Both the position numbers and the translations under genes were made by a program. The notes under the pieces are model-generated. The model saw only the letters and a list, made by a program, of their open reading frames with translations, had not been told where the DNA came from and made no database searches. A stretch of DNA of 64,000 bases, taken from the NCBI GenBank assembly GCA_963696395.1, contig CAVOJZ010000002.1:431317-495316 (forward strand), in the 5' to 3' direction. Below, piece after piece: positions 16,302 to 26,288 of this stretch (position 1 is the first letter of the stretch; each line of letters begins with the position of its first letter). The DNA comes from an uncultured bacterium (GTDB lineage: Bacteria; Patescibacteriota; Minisyncoccia; UBA6257; 2-01-FULL-56-20).

Positions 16302-17441
16302 CTATCGTACTATAAAAGAATACACCGAGTAAACTACCGCGACCACGAAAACAAGGGCGATGGCGTCGAGAAATATTTTTTGTGTAACCGAGAGCTTGAG
16401 CGCACGGCGGCCGACGGAAATAATGAGAAGATATTGCAGGCTGAGAAAAGCGCCGCCGACCAGACCGACGACCGCAAGAAAATTGTTAAAACCAAGAAGG
16501 ACGAGCGCCGGCGGGAAAAGCACAACGAGCGGACGGGACGAACCGCGCGGCCATTGTAAATCTTTTTCTAATGCATTTTTAATCTCCCTGGAAATCGGGA
16601 GGTATACCGTTGCAACGGCGATAAGTCCTAGGACGGCAAGCAGGTCTTTTTTCCAGAGCGGCCACATTGCAAGCCCGGAGGCGGTATCGGGCGTGATCAT
16701 GCCTCCCGATGAGCCGCCGATGATTCCCGCTGCAAACATCGCATAAAGAAGCGCCGCAAAAAGCGTACCGGCGGCGAGTGCAACCCATGGACTCCTCGCC
16801 GTCGAGGCTTGGCCACTCAAGCGGCGCTTCTTCCGGGCTTCATATGCCGGCTCGATACTCGTCCATCCGGCGAGTGAAAAAAGCACGGCTCCGAACGGCA
16901 AGAAAAGATTATTTGTGTTGATGGTCGGTACGCCGCCAAAAAGAATATTCGGCCACGACGAAATAAAAATTACAACGATGATAGCCGCCGTGCAGGCAAT
17001 TCCCGCGAGTTCAAGCTTGCGAATCTCTTTGTCGCTCGCAAGCGCGACCGCAGAGATCAAAACCCAAAATGCGGCGAAGGCGTAGCGCAAGCGAATCGCA
17101 GGAACGGCAAGATGGATAAATTGCGTGCCAAGGATGAGATATGCGACCAGTGTAAGAAGAAGCCCGACGACGATGGCGAGAAATCCCACCCAAAACCCAA
17201 TGCTCCCGAAACGTTTTTTTGCGAGACCAAGTAGCCGTTCTTTTTCTCCTTCGGATTCAAGCGTCTTTAAATAGACAACATGAGCCGTACTCACAAAAAC
17301 GGTGAGTATCGCAAGATACGCAATACTAAGCAACCATCCGGCACTATAAAAAATGTAAGGAAGGGCGAAAACGCCATCGCCGACAGTCGCGGCAGCGACA
17401 ATCCCCGCGACCTCGAAAAAATGCGCGGTTGAACGATTCAT
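16302..17441 (-). CDS. Aromatic amino acid permease family transporter
   Basis: TVGDGVFALPY, FLPFGAVLFSLAGW and about 11 TM segments. Confidence 0.85.
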   Translation of the reverse strand: MNRSTAHFFEVAGIVAAATVGDGVFALPYIFYSAGWLLSIAYLAILTVFVSTAHVVYLKTLESEGEKERLLGLAKKRFGSIGFWVGFLAIVVGLLLTLVAYLILGTQFIHLAVPAIRLRYAFAAFWVLISAVALASDKEIRKLELAGIACTAAIIVVIFISSWPNILFGGVPTINTNNLFLPFGAVLFSLAGWTSIEPAYEARKKRRLSGQASTARSPWVALAAGTLFAALLYAMFAAGIIGGSSGGMITPDTASGLAMWPLWKKDLLAVLGLIAVATVYLPISREIKNALEKDLQWPRGSSRPLVVLFPPALVLLGFNNFLAVVGLVGGAFLSLQYLLIISVGRRALKLSVTQKIFLDAIALVFVVAVVYSVYSFIVR

Positions 17442-17447
17442 GGTCGA

Positions 17448-17774
17448 CTATTCGGCGAGATAAACCCTATCTTCTTCACGAACACGCTTTTTAACTTTAA
17501 TACCGATCTGCTTCCCTTTTGGCGCCGTCTTTATTTCTTTGTGATCGTACTGCATTGATTTCGCAACGTCCGCAAAATCAGTTGTCGCTCCTTTATAATG
17601 CAATTTCGCTCCGGCCGGAACTTTTTTATTAAACTTCACGATCGCCACGCGGATTTTTGTGTAGAAGTGCGTAACTACGCCGATTGGTTTCGAAGCCTTC
17701 GCTTTTGGCTTCGTTTTTGCCTTTACCTTCGGTTTTGCTTTTGCTTTTTTTGATGGGCGTTTTTTCATAATCAT
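17448..17774 (-). CDS. Small beta-barrel protein (translation-elongation-factor-like) with a Lys-rich N-terminal tail
   Basis: IGVVTHFYTKIRVAIV, KGATTDF, SMQYDH, IGIKVKKRVREEDRVY. Confidence 0.8.
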   Translation of the reverse strand: MIMKKRPSKKAKAKPKVKAKTKPKAKASKPIGVVTHFYTKIRVAIVKFNKKVPAGAKLHYKGATTDFADVAKSMQYDHKEIKTAPKGKQIGIKVKKRVREEDRVYLAE

Positions 17775-17779
17775 CTTTA

Positions 17780-18427
17780 TTAACCCCGCGCGCGATGTTG
17801 CGCAATGCGAACATCGGCGGCTTCAACTATTTTTTCATCCGCCTTTATCATCGTGACCACTTTTTCCATAAGCGTTTTCGGATTTGAATCGAAAACAACT
17901 TTTCCGGGTCCGCGATGGGCGATTTCGAGAATGTGCTGCAACTCATCGCTCTCTCCTCCGGTGCCGGTGAGCACTCCTTGAGGCTTTTTATCTTCGAAAG
18001 CGATCGTGAATTCATTGAGAGTGCCGATGCGACCGTAGATTGTGATGATGGCGTCGGCGGAACGGGTAAGCAGGAGATTTCTTCCGGAGTAATCGAAGCC
18101 GGTATAAATGATGAGGTCGTGATAATCAACCGGCAGCCGATATGTCTTAACGTGAGCAAGCTTGGACGCCGCCGGCGACAAACCGATTACAATTCCACCG
18201 GCTTCTTTTGCGCCTTTCGCGGCCCAATAAGGAATGCCGGTTGTCGCTCCGGTTACGAGCACCATGCCGTGCTTTGCAACGAGTGCACCGATTTCCATTG
18301 CTTTTTCAATGGTTCCTGGAGGACAAAACTCCGTCTCGGCCGAGCCAGAAATGCAAACTTTATATTTTAGATAACTTGCCGATAATGCTTCATGCGCCTT
18401 CACTTTCCGCTTTTTTTTAGTAGCCAT
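17780..18427 (-). CDS. LOG family / TIGR00725-like nucleotide-binding protein
   Basis: VTGATTG, AKEAGG, RNLLLTRSADA, GTLNEF. Confidence 0.85.
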   Translation of the reverse strand: MATKKKRKVKAHEALSASYLKYKVCISGSAETEFCPPGTIEKAMEIGALVAKHGMVLVTGATTGIPYWAAKGAKEAGGIVIGLSPAASKLAHVKTYRLPVDYHDLIIYTGFDYSGRNLLLTRSADAIITIYGRIGTLNEFTIAFEDKKPQGVLTGTGGESDELQHILEIAHRGPGKVVFDSNPKTLMEKVVTMIKADEKIVEAADVRIAQHRARG

Positions 18428-18439
18428 AGTTGAATGATA

Positions 18440-19786
18440 TCACAACGAAACGCTTTCTCCGGGATGCGGAACCTCGGCGGAGACCGCAAATTCATCGATT
18501 ATTTTATGCGCAAGAACTTCGCTCGATTCCTGCTCCCCCTGCACCACGAAAACCTTTTTAAGTGTGTGGCTCATAGGCTTCACCCACGCGATCAGGCGTG
18601 GTTGGTCCGCATGCGCGGAATATCCGGGGATATTTACCTTGCGACATCGCACAGGAACCGTCTCTCCGAAAATTTTAACTTCCGTCGCGCCCTCGAGTAA
18701 TTCCCTGCCGAGCGATCCAACCGCCTGGTAGCCGACAAAAATGATTTCGCTCTTAGGGTCGGAAAGATAGCGCGCCTCATGGTGTAAAATCCTTCCACCG
18801 TTCGACATCCCCGAACCGGCAATGACGATTTTCGGCGGAGGAACATTGTTGATCTCCTTCGACTGTTCGGTCGTAAGCGTGAGATGAAGCCCCGGAAAGT
18901 TCAAAATGTCGTCGCCGGTCGCGGCGATGTGCCGCGTCGCCGGATTAAAATAATTTTCGTGCTTCTTGTAGACAGCCGTGAGCTTGATGGCGAGCGGGCT
19001 GTCGATAAAAACCGGGACGCGCGGGATGCTGCCGTCCTGAAAAAGTTGATGAAGGTGATAAAGCAATTCCTGGGTGCGCTCCATCGCGAACGTGGGAATC
19101 ATGAGAGTGCCGCCGGCGCGCACCGTATCCTGGACCGCCTTTTCAAGCATCTCGCGGCGGCCGTCAACATTTACATGGACGCGATCCCCGTAGGTTGATT
19201 CGATCACGCAATAATCGGCGGCATCGATGGTTTCCGTCGGCTGGATAATCGGCGCCGGCGTATTTCCAAGGTCGCCGGAAAAGACGATTGTTTTCCCTTC
19301 GGCGTGGATCCGGATGATGGCAGAGCCCAGAATGTGGCCTGCATCAAAGAGATCAACCTTAAAATCCCCCACCGAAACCGGCGCGTGATAATTGAGCCCG
19401 CGCCACTGGCTCATTGTTTTTTCTATGTCTTCGTCGGTATAAAGCGGCGGCCGCTTCTCACGTTCAGCCTCTTTTGAAAGCAGATGTTCCGAGTCGAGCA
19501 GCATGAGTTCGGCAAAATCACGTGTTGCCGAGGTTGAATAGATCACCCCTTTAAATCCCGCCTTCACTAAGCTCGGAAGCCGGCCGATGTGGTCTAGATG
19601 AGAGTGGGTGATAAATACCGCATCGATAACTTTTGGATCATACGGGAATTGTTCAAAATTTTCGCGTTCCGCATAGTGGCTCCCCTGGTGCAGTCCGCAG
19701 TCAACCATAATCTGCGTTCCGTTTGACTCGACAACATAATTCGCGCCGGTCGCCTCCCCGACGCCGCCGTAAAATGAGAGTTTCAT
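18440..19786 (-). CDS. MBL-fold beta-CASP RNA-processing hydrolase
   Basis: THSHLDHIG, AGHILG, ESTYG, AGSGMSNGGRI, SAHAD. Confidence 0.93.
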   Translation of the reverse strand: MKLSFYGGVGEATGANYVVESNGTQIMVDCGLHQGSHYAERENFEQFPYDPKVIDAVFITHSHLDHIGRLPSLVKAGFKGVIYSTSATRDFAELMLLDSEHLLSKEAEREKRPPLYTDEDIEKTMSQWRGLNYHAPVSVGDFKVDLFDAGHILGSAIIRIHAEGKTIVFSGDLGNTPAPIIQPTETIDAADYCVIESTYGDRVHVNVDGRREMLEKAVQDTVRAGGTLMIPTFAMERTQELLYHLHQLFQDGSIPRVPVFIDSPLAIKLTAVYKKHENYFNPATRHIAATGDDILNFPGLHLTLTTEQSKEINNVPPPKIVIAGSGMSNGGRILHHEARYLSDPKSEIIFVGYQAVGSLGRELLEGATEVKIFGETVPVRCRKVNIPGYSAHADQPRLIAWVKPMSHTLKKVFVVQGEQESSEVLAHKIIDEFAVSAEVPHPGESVSL

Positions 19787-20179
19787 AGGGCTAAGTATAA
19801 GGCTCCTTGCCGCGCAAAACAACTTATGATACCCTCATGCAAGTTGTTGAATTCATCTCGTGAGGCAGAAAACGTGTACAAAGTGTACGACGACGACGAA
19901 ATTCTCCCACAGCGCGTTAGTTTTCGAAACGAACCTCATTCCACCTCTTACAAAGTCCGTTCGGGGAACAGAAAGCAAAGGCCAACTGCGGATATTGAGC
20001 AGGTTCGCGCCCTTGCAAACCTGTCGGAGAGTATCCGTCGGAACATATCCGCGAACTCTGCAGGGGAAACCAATTCGAAGAAAGCATTTGTGCCTCGTCT
20101 TCCTCCCGAAGATCGTCGGCGAGAGCAAACACGGCCTCGCTCCTGCCCGTCCGGCAGATAAAAACCAAGGGCCCCGTCA

Positions 20180-21517
20180 TCACGACGGGGCCTGTTCATT
20201 TCCCATTTCCATTTTTTTCGCAAGCATTTCTTCAAATACTTCCCGCTCATTCCACGGCTCGGTGCGCCCCCGCGCAAGGTGAATAAATTCTTCACTCCCT
20301 TTGCCGGTTCCGATCACGACATCACCGTCACGCATAAGGCCGACGGCAAATTTAATGGCCGCACGCCGGTCCGGAGCTTTATATATCTTTTCCCTATCGG
20401 ATCCATTTTTTCTAATACCTCCTTCAATTTCGCTCATGATTTTTCGGGGATCCTCGTCGTACGGGTCTTCGTTCGTGATAATGATCTCGTCGCAGTAGCG
20501 ATCCGCAATTTTCCCCATCTCGGGCCTTTTCCATTGGTCACGCCCTCCGCCCGCGGCGCTCAAAACGCAGATGAGGCGGGGCGAAGGAAAAAACGGCGTC
20601 GGCACCGGCCGGGCCGCCACGTACGCGGCTTCAAGTGAATCGGGAGTGTGTGCGTAATCGATGATCGCCGTGTAGTCGCCCTTCCGCACAAATTCCATAC
20701 GGCCTGGCAACCCTTCAAAGTTCGTGATCGCCTCTTCCACAATACGGTCCGAGATCCCAAGCTCGCGCGCAATCGCGACAGCCACCGCAATGTTTTCTTC
20801 ATTAAATTTGCTTAATAAAAACTTTGGAGCCCCTTCGTCGCGAACCGATTGTGCGAGGCGGGCTTTTGCCAGGCTGTCTTTCAACCATTGGTCATTCCTT
20901 GAGTAAGAAATGGTGTCTCCTCCATATTTATTGCCAGGCTCGCCCGCAAGCGCCTCGGCAAAAAAATGATACTCCCTGTCGTCGCGATTCAAAAAAACTT
21001 TCCCGCCGCCGGCTAAAACATTTTCAAGAAACTGTTTTTTTGCGTCCCGATATTTTTCATATGAACCGTGCCAGTCGATGTGTTCGGGGGCAAGATTTGT
21101 GATGACGCCAACGTTCCATTCGATAAAACGATGCCGGTGAAGCGCAACGCCCTGCGACGTAACCTCGATCAGCCCGTAGGAACAGCCGTCCGCCCGTGCC
21201 TGCCGCAAAAATTTCTGGATAAATCCATGCCCGGGCATTGAATTGCCGGTTGGGTTTTTGCGGCTCGTATCGCCGATTTTCATTCGCAGTGACGAAAGAA
21301 GGGCCGTGCGTTTGCCTGCGTGCTCAAGGATCGCATTAATAAGTTCAAGCGTCGTCGTTTTGCCCTTGGTCCCCGTCACGCCAATCACGAAGATTTTCCT
21401 GCTCGGATTTCTGTGAATTTTCGCCCCCGCCCATGCCCACATAAAATGATACGTCCGCGAAACGCCGGGAATGTTATAGAAAAATCTTACGATGCGGGAT
21501 TTTTTTATCCGGTCCAT
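20180..21517 (-). CDS. murE: Mur ligase, MurE-type
   Basis: GVTGTKGKTT, EVTSQ, PGRME, DYAHTPDS, GGGRDQWKRPEMG, GKGSE. Confidence 0.88.
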   Translation of the reverse strand: MDRIKKSRIVRFFYNIPGVSRTYHFMWAWAGAKIHRNPSRKIFVIGVTGTKGKTTTLELINAILEHAGKRTALLSSLRMKIGDTSRKNPTGNSMPGHGFIQKFLRQARADGCSYGLIEVTSQGVALHRHRFIEWNVGVITNLAPEHIDWHGSYEKYRDAKKQFLENVLAGGGKVFLNRDDREYHFFAEALAGEPGNKYGGDTISYSRNDQWLKDSLAKARLAQSVRDEGAPKFLLSKFNEENIAVAVAIARELGISDRIVEEAITNFEGLPGRMEFVRKGDYTAIIDYAHTPDSLEAAYVAARPVPTPFFPSPRLICVLSAAGGGRDQWKRPEMGKIADRYCDEIIITNEDPYDEDPRKIMSEIEGGIRKNGSDREKIYKAPDRRAAIKFAVGLMRDGDVVIGTGKGSEEFIHLARGRTEPWNEREVFEEMLAKKMEMGNEQAPS

Positions 21518-22095
21518 TATTTCTTGCTCAAAATTGCGAGTGCGGCCTTAAGGCGGTTCTCCGTTCCGGCCACATCGGCCGCAACTTTTCCAAGCGCAAC
21601 GCGTGCTTCGTCGCGGCGATAGCCAAGGCTTGTGAGCGCCTCAACGAGGTCCACATCGGTCTGCATTTTTTCAACAACAAGGCCTGACTTTGCGGACTGC
21701 ACTTTCGTTTTCAGTTCGACAATCACACGCTCCGCCGTCTTCCTTCCGATGCCGGATGCGCGGGTGAGCAAATCGGGCCGCCCCTCCTTGATCGCGGCCG
21801 CAAGCTCTTCGAGCTCTGCGACATCCATGATCGCAAGAGCGGATTTCGGCCCGACGCCGGAAACGGAAATAAGCATTTCAAAAAAATGAAGTTCTTTTTC
21901 TCCCGAAAACCCGTACAAATCCATCGCCCCTTCGCGCACATGGAGATATGAAAACAGCTTCACCGCTCCTCCGAGCGCGGGCATCGAAGCGAGCGTCCTT
22001 TTGCTCGCGTTAAGCTTCAGACCCAACCCGCCGGCTTCCACAACGGCGAATTGATCCGCTTTGACCGTGAGCTTTCCGGAAATGCTGTAGATCAT
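21517..22095 (-). CDS. ruvA: Holliday junction branch migration protein RuvA
   Basis: LHVRE, LYGF, ISVSGVGPKSAL, GIGRKTAERVIVELK. Confidence 0.96.
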   Translation of the reverse strand: MIYSISGKLTVKADQFAVVEAGGLGLKLNASKRTLASMPALGGAVKLFSYLHVREGAMDLYGFSGEKELHFFEMLISVSGVGPKSALAIMDVAELEELAAAIKEGRPDLLTRASGIGRKTAERVIVELKTKVQSAKSGLVVEKMQTDVDLVEALTSLGYRRDEARVALGKVAADVAGTENRLKAALAILSKK

Positions 22096-22145
22096 ACCTT
22101 TATTATAACTTGCTTTTTCGAAGCCTGTATCCTATACTGACTCCC

Positions 22146-22406
22146 ATGCCAATTACATCATCCGCCAAGAAAGCGCTCCGCCAGAACAAGACGCGCCACG
22201 CGCGGAATTTAGCTAAAAAAGACGGCTACAAAAAAGTGGTTGTGAAATATCGCAAACTCGTCGCGGCAAAAAGCTCCGACGAGGCAAAGAAGCTTTTACC
22301 GCTCGTCTTCAAAGCGCTCGACAAAGCCGCAAAGACAAAAGTTATTGAAAAAAATAAGGCGAGCCGCCTCAAGAGCCGCCTCTCCAGGCTGGTCGCAGTG
22401 AAATAG
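22146..22406 (+). CDS. rpsT: 30S ribosomal protein S20
   Basis: MPITSSAKKALRQ...LDKAAK...KNKASRLKSRL. Confidence 0.95.
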   Translation: MPITSSAKKALRQNKTRHARNLAKKDGYKKVVVKYRKLVAAKSSDEAKKLLPLVFKALDKAAKTKVIEKNKASRLKSRLSRLVAVK

Positions 22407-22410
22407 TGTT

Positions 22411-22438
22411 AAAAAGAACCGCCGCGGCGGTTCTTTTT
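22411..22438. terminator. Bidirectional terminator (28-bp palindrome)
   Basis: AAAAAGAACCGCCGCGGCGGTTCTTTTT between convergent rpsT and holA. Confidence 0.75.
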
Positions 22439-23235
22439 TATCCAAGAGCCAGGTCAACAAGCGCCTCTTCGTATTCGAGTTTCCCGGACTTAACTGCAAG
22501 ATCGTACCAGGCCATCCGCTGGATTTTCTCTCCGGCCTGGGCCGAAAGAATATTAAAAATCTTTGCCGGAGGATCGTTGATTGAAAGCAGGATCTCGAGC
22601 GCGCCAAGGCGATTTCTGATATCCGGGCTTTTCATGCCATTTAGGAGCGCCCAGTAATTCGGCGCAGCTTCAAGGCCGAAGGCGTCGAGATCCCTCCGGG
22701 TGACGGTGGCCTTCCCTGCGATGGCAGTTTTGAGCGTGGAGATTTTTTCAATTTCGGTGACCACCGCCCAGCTCATCCCCGCATATACGCCGCCGAGGAA
22801 AGCCGCAGCCTGGTCATCAAACACAACGCCCCGCTTTTTCCCCTCCTCTTTTATGAATGAAACAAAAGCGACTCCGGTAAGCGTTTCAAATTTTTGGGAG
22901 AGCACCGGTTTTTCAAGCAGGAAAGCAAGCGCTTTGAGCGGCTTGTCTTTCTCGCACACGAGCACCTGGATTCCTTTTTCGGAAACGGCGGGCTTCAACG
23001 CCGCCGCGAGCTTCACCGCCTCAATCTCAAAAGCGTTTTCCAAAACGGCGAGCCGGGCGGTTTCAAAAATCGGCTGGTTACGCATAAATCCCCCGAGTGA
23101 ATCGAGGGCTCCCTTTTCTTCAAGATCAAAAAAACCGAGGCCGAGCTCGGATCGCTTTTTTTCAAATTCACTTATAATGTCCCGCTTCTTCTGAACCCGG
23201 CGATAATCGTCGGGGCCGTAAAGGAAAATGATCAT
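22438..23235 (-). CDS. holA: DNA polymerase III delta subunit
   Basis: IIFLYGPDDYR N-terminus, EIEKI, DLAVKSG C-terminus; position next to rpsT. Confidence 0.82.
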   Translation of the reverse strand: MIIFLYGPDDYRRVQKKRDIISEFEKKRSELGLGFFDLEEKGALDSLGGFMRNQPIFETARLAVLENAFEIEAVKLAAALKPAVSEKGIQVLVCEKDKPLKALAFLLEKPVLSQKFETLTGVAFVSFIKEEGKKRGVVFDDQAAAFLGGVYAGMSWAVVTEIEKISTLKTAIAGKATVTRRDLDAFGLEAAPNYWALLNGMKSPDIRNRLGALEILLSINDPPAKIFNILSAQAGEKIQRMAWYDLAVKSGKLEYEEALVDLALG

Positions 23236-24920
23236 TGCTTGCCGAAAATCGCCGTTCCCGCTTTCACACTGACCGACGCACGGGCGGCGGCGGCTTTCAC
23301 GAATTCACGGAAAAGCGGGTTCGGTTTCATCGGACGCGAAGTAAGCTCCGGATGAAATTGCGATCCCATGAAAAACGGATGCGTCTCCCGCGAAAGTTCC
23401 ATCACTTCCATCAAGCGGCGATCCGGCGACTGCCCGGAAAAAACCATTCCCGCTTTTTCAATCTTCTTAATAAATGCCGGATTGACCTCGAAGCGATGCC
23501 TGTGCCGCTCTGAAATTTTGGTGGTCCCATAGGCTTTTTCCGCCATCGTTCCTTTTGTGAGCACGGCCGGATACGCACCGAGCCGCATGGTTCCGCCATA
23601 ATTCTTCTCTTCCATAAGCTTCTTCTGCTCCGGAAGAATATCGATCACCGGGAACTGCGTTCCGGGATTAATCTCTGTGGTGTTTGCCCCCTTCATTTTC
23701 AGCACATTCCTCGAAAACTCCACCACCGCAAGCTGCATGCCATAGCACAGCCCGAGATACGGAATTTTGTTTTCCCGACAATAACGGATGGCGTTCAATT
23801 TCCCTTCAACGCCACGGCTTCCAAAGCCTCCGGGGACGATAATCGCATCGTATTGTTCGAGGTCGCGAAGCGCCGCGCCTTTCTTTTCAAATTCCTCGGC
23901 GTCGAGCCATTTGATTTCCGGGCGCACGCCCCAATAGGAGCTTGCGTGCTTCACGGCTTCGATCACCGATAGGTACGAATCGGCCAGGATAAATTTTCCG
24001 GTGGAGAAATATTTTCCGACGATGCCGATCTTTACCGTCTCGCGCGCGTGGCGGATGCGGTCCGCAAGCGCACGCCATTCCTTCATGTCTTTTTTTGGCG
24101 GCCGCACGCCGAGCTTCTCCATGATGAGATTCCCCAGGTTATCTTTTTCGAAATTGATCGGCACGTCATACAAACTGCCGACATCAGGCGCCGAGATCAC
24201 GTCTTTCTCCCGCACGTTGCAGTTGAATGCAATCTTTTCTTTTCTCTTTTCATCGAGCGCATATTTCGCGCGGGCGAGAATGATGTCGGGCTGAAGGCCG
24301 ACAGAATTCAACGCGCGCACCGCATGCTGGGTCGGCTTGGTCTTGAGTTCGTTCTCGTCGCTCACGATCGGCAGGTGGCTGACCAGGATGAGCAAAATAT
24401 CTTCGGGATGTTTGATTCGCATCATGCGCACCGCCTCGAGGAATAAAATATTTTCATATTCGCCTGCGGTTCCGCCGATTTCCGTAATGGTGATGTCCGC
24501 CTTCGCAAGCGTGGCGGCCGCATCGATGCGGCGGATTACTTCGAGCGGGATATAAGGCACAACGCTGACCGACCGGCCGCCGTAACCCATGCTCCGTTCG
24601 CGCTCAATCACCGTCTTATAGATGCTTCCGGTTGTCATATAGTTCGCGCCGCTCAGATCCCGGTTCAAAAACCGCTCATAGTTGCCCATATCCTGGTCGC
24701 ATTCCGTGCCGTCATTCAAAACAAAAACCTCACCGTGCTCGGTGGGGTTCATAGTGCCTGCATCAACATTCACGTACGGGTCGATTTTGATCGCGGTGAC
24801 TTCAAAACCGCGGGACTGGAGAATTTTTCCGATGGAAGCGGATGCGATACCCTTGCCAACGCCGGACATGACGCCTCCCACGATGAAAATATATTTTCGG
24901 TTGCGTCCAGATTTCTTCAT
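23232..24920 (-). CDS. pyrG: CTP synthase
   Basis: GGVMSGVGKG, KIDPYVNVDAGTMNPTEHGEV, KTKPTQH, GLCYGMQ, QFHPE. Confidence 0.98.
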   Translation of the reverse strand: MKKSGRNRKYIFIVGGVMSGVGKGIASASIGKILQSRGFEVTAIKIDPYVNVDAGTMNPTEHGEVFVLNDGTECDQDMGNYERFLNRDLSGANYMTTGSIYKTVIERERSMGYGGRSVSVVPYIPLEVIRRIDAAATLAKADITITEIGGTAGEYENILFLEAVRMMRIKHPEDILLILVSHLPIVSDENELKTKPTQHAVRALNSVGLQPDIILARAKYALDEKRKEKIAFNCNVREKDVISAPDVGSLYDVPINFEKDNLGNLIMEKLGVRPPKKDMKEWRALADRIRHARETVKIGIVGKYFSTGKFILADSYLSVIEAVKHASSYWGVRPEIKWLDAEEFEKKGAALRDLEQYDAIIVPGGFGSRGVEGKLNAIRYCRENKIPYLGLCYGMQLAVVEFSRNVLKMKGANTTEINPGTQFPVIDILPEQKKLMEEKNYGGTMRLGAYPAVLTKGTMAEKAYGTTKISERHRHRFEVNPAFIKKIEKAGMVFSGQSPDRRLMEVMELSRETHPFFMGSQFHPELTSRPMKPNPLFREFVKAAAARASVSVKAGTAIFGKQ

Positions 24921-24950
24921 CCCCATCATTGTACTCCAAACGTGCCGTGT

Positions 24951-26273
24951 TTAGAATAGCGCCTCAAGGCCAACTTCGTGTTTTGGGATAAGATTCGAAT
25001 CGGTCGGGATGGCGAACGATATTGTTGTGCCTCGATTCAGTTCGGATTCCGCCCATATCTCGCCCCCGTGGGCGCTTACGATACCTTTCGCGATAAAAAG
25101 GCCGAGGCCCGAACCTTCGGTTTGGGCTTTCACGGCATTGTCCGCCCGATAGAACTTGGTAAACAGTTTTTGGAGAGCCTCCGGAGGGATGCCGATGCCG
25201 CTATCCTTGACGCTCACTACCAGGAAAGGCTTCCCCGGCATCGTGTCCACCTTAACGATCACTTCTCCGTTTTCCACGTTATAGCGAATGGCGTTCTCAA
25301 GAAGATTTACGAGCGCAAGTGAAAGCCGTTTTTCATCAATCATCACCCGCGGTAGCGGCGTGGCGGGCCGGTCGAAATAAATCTTGACGCCGGTCTTCTT
25401 TGCAGCCGGCAACACCTCTCCGAGAACCATTTCCACGAAATTCGAGATGTCCGTATCTTTAAAATCGTAACCGAACTGGCCGTCTTCCATCTTTGCAATA
25501 TTCAAAAGATCCTCGATACGGCGCAGGAGATTTTGTGAGGCGGCGTACGCATTTTCCACGATAAGCTTATTGTCGTCGCTCACGGTCGGATCGCTCGCGA
25601 GCGTTTGCAACGCCCAATTGATATCCGTCACCGGCCCACGCAGCTGGTGGGAGGCGACGGTTATGAATTCGCTTCGCGAACGGAGAGCGCTCACCTGAGC
25701 CGTGCGATCGCGAATGATTTTGAGAAACGCAAGCGTGTTCCCCTGGTTATCCATGACGGGGGCGGTCGTCACCCGGAATTCGAGCTGCGGGTCAGTGAAC
25801 GAAATATCAACAACCTGAGGCACCGCATTCTCCCCCGACCGCATGATGACACGCGGCGCGAGCGACGGGAAAATAACCTGCGTCAAAATTTTCCATCCTT
25901 CTCTCTCCACGTCCTGAGGCGAAAAAATATGCCCCATGGCATCCTTCGCCTGAATTTTAAAAAGTCGTTCAGCGGCGGGATTAAAAAATATTGCCTGAAA
26001 ATTTTTCTCGTATACGATTAATCCGTCGCTGATGCTCGCGAGAATGCTCTTGAGTTCATTCCGTTCGATGCTCGTATTCCGGTCAACGGACGATGACCGA
26101 TAGATGCTTGCGAAGACAAGAACAAGAACAATAATCAGCAGGCCGACTTCAACCCAGGAAAGCGGCGGTGCCAGAAAAAAACCGGCCATCACGGCGGCGG
26201 CGATAACAATCGCGGACAAAACCCAGGCCACCCAGAATTCCTGCCACGTTACAACGTTCTTCCAGTTGGACAT
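24951..26273 (-). CDS. Membrane-bound PAS sensor histidine kinase (orphan in this window)
   Basis: 2 TM helices, PAS, ASHQLRGP, NLLENAIRY, DSGIGIP, GSGLGL. Confidence 0.93.
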   Translation of the reverse strand: MSNWKNVVTWQEFWVAWVLSAIVIAAAVMAGFFLAPPLSWVEVGLLIIVLVLVFASIYRSSSVDRNTSIERNELKSILASISDGLIVYEKNFQAIFFNPAAERLFKIQAKDAMGHIFSPQDVEREGWKILTQVIFPSLAPRVIMRSGENAVPQVVDISFTDPQLEFRVTTAPVMDNQGNTLAFLKIIRDRTAQVSALRSRSEFITVASHQLRGPVTDINWALQTLASDPTVSDDNKLIVENAYAASQNLLRRIEDLLNIAKMEDGQFGYDFKDTDISNFVEMVLGEVLPAAKKTGVKIYFDRPATPLPRVMIDEKRLSLALVNLLENAIRYNVENGEVIVKVDTMPGKPFLVVSVKDSGIGIPPEALQKLFTKFYRADNAVKAQTEGSGLGLFIAKGIVSAHGGEIWAESELNRGTTISFAIPTDSNLIPKHEVGLEALF

Positions 26274-26288
26274 AGTCTCATAATACCA

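Noticed and set aside
19861-19863. In-frame TGA as a sign of genetic code 25 or selenocysteine
   Set aside because: dnaA, yebC and ruvC end properly at TGA, and read-through meets TAG after about 18 codons
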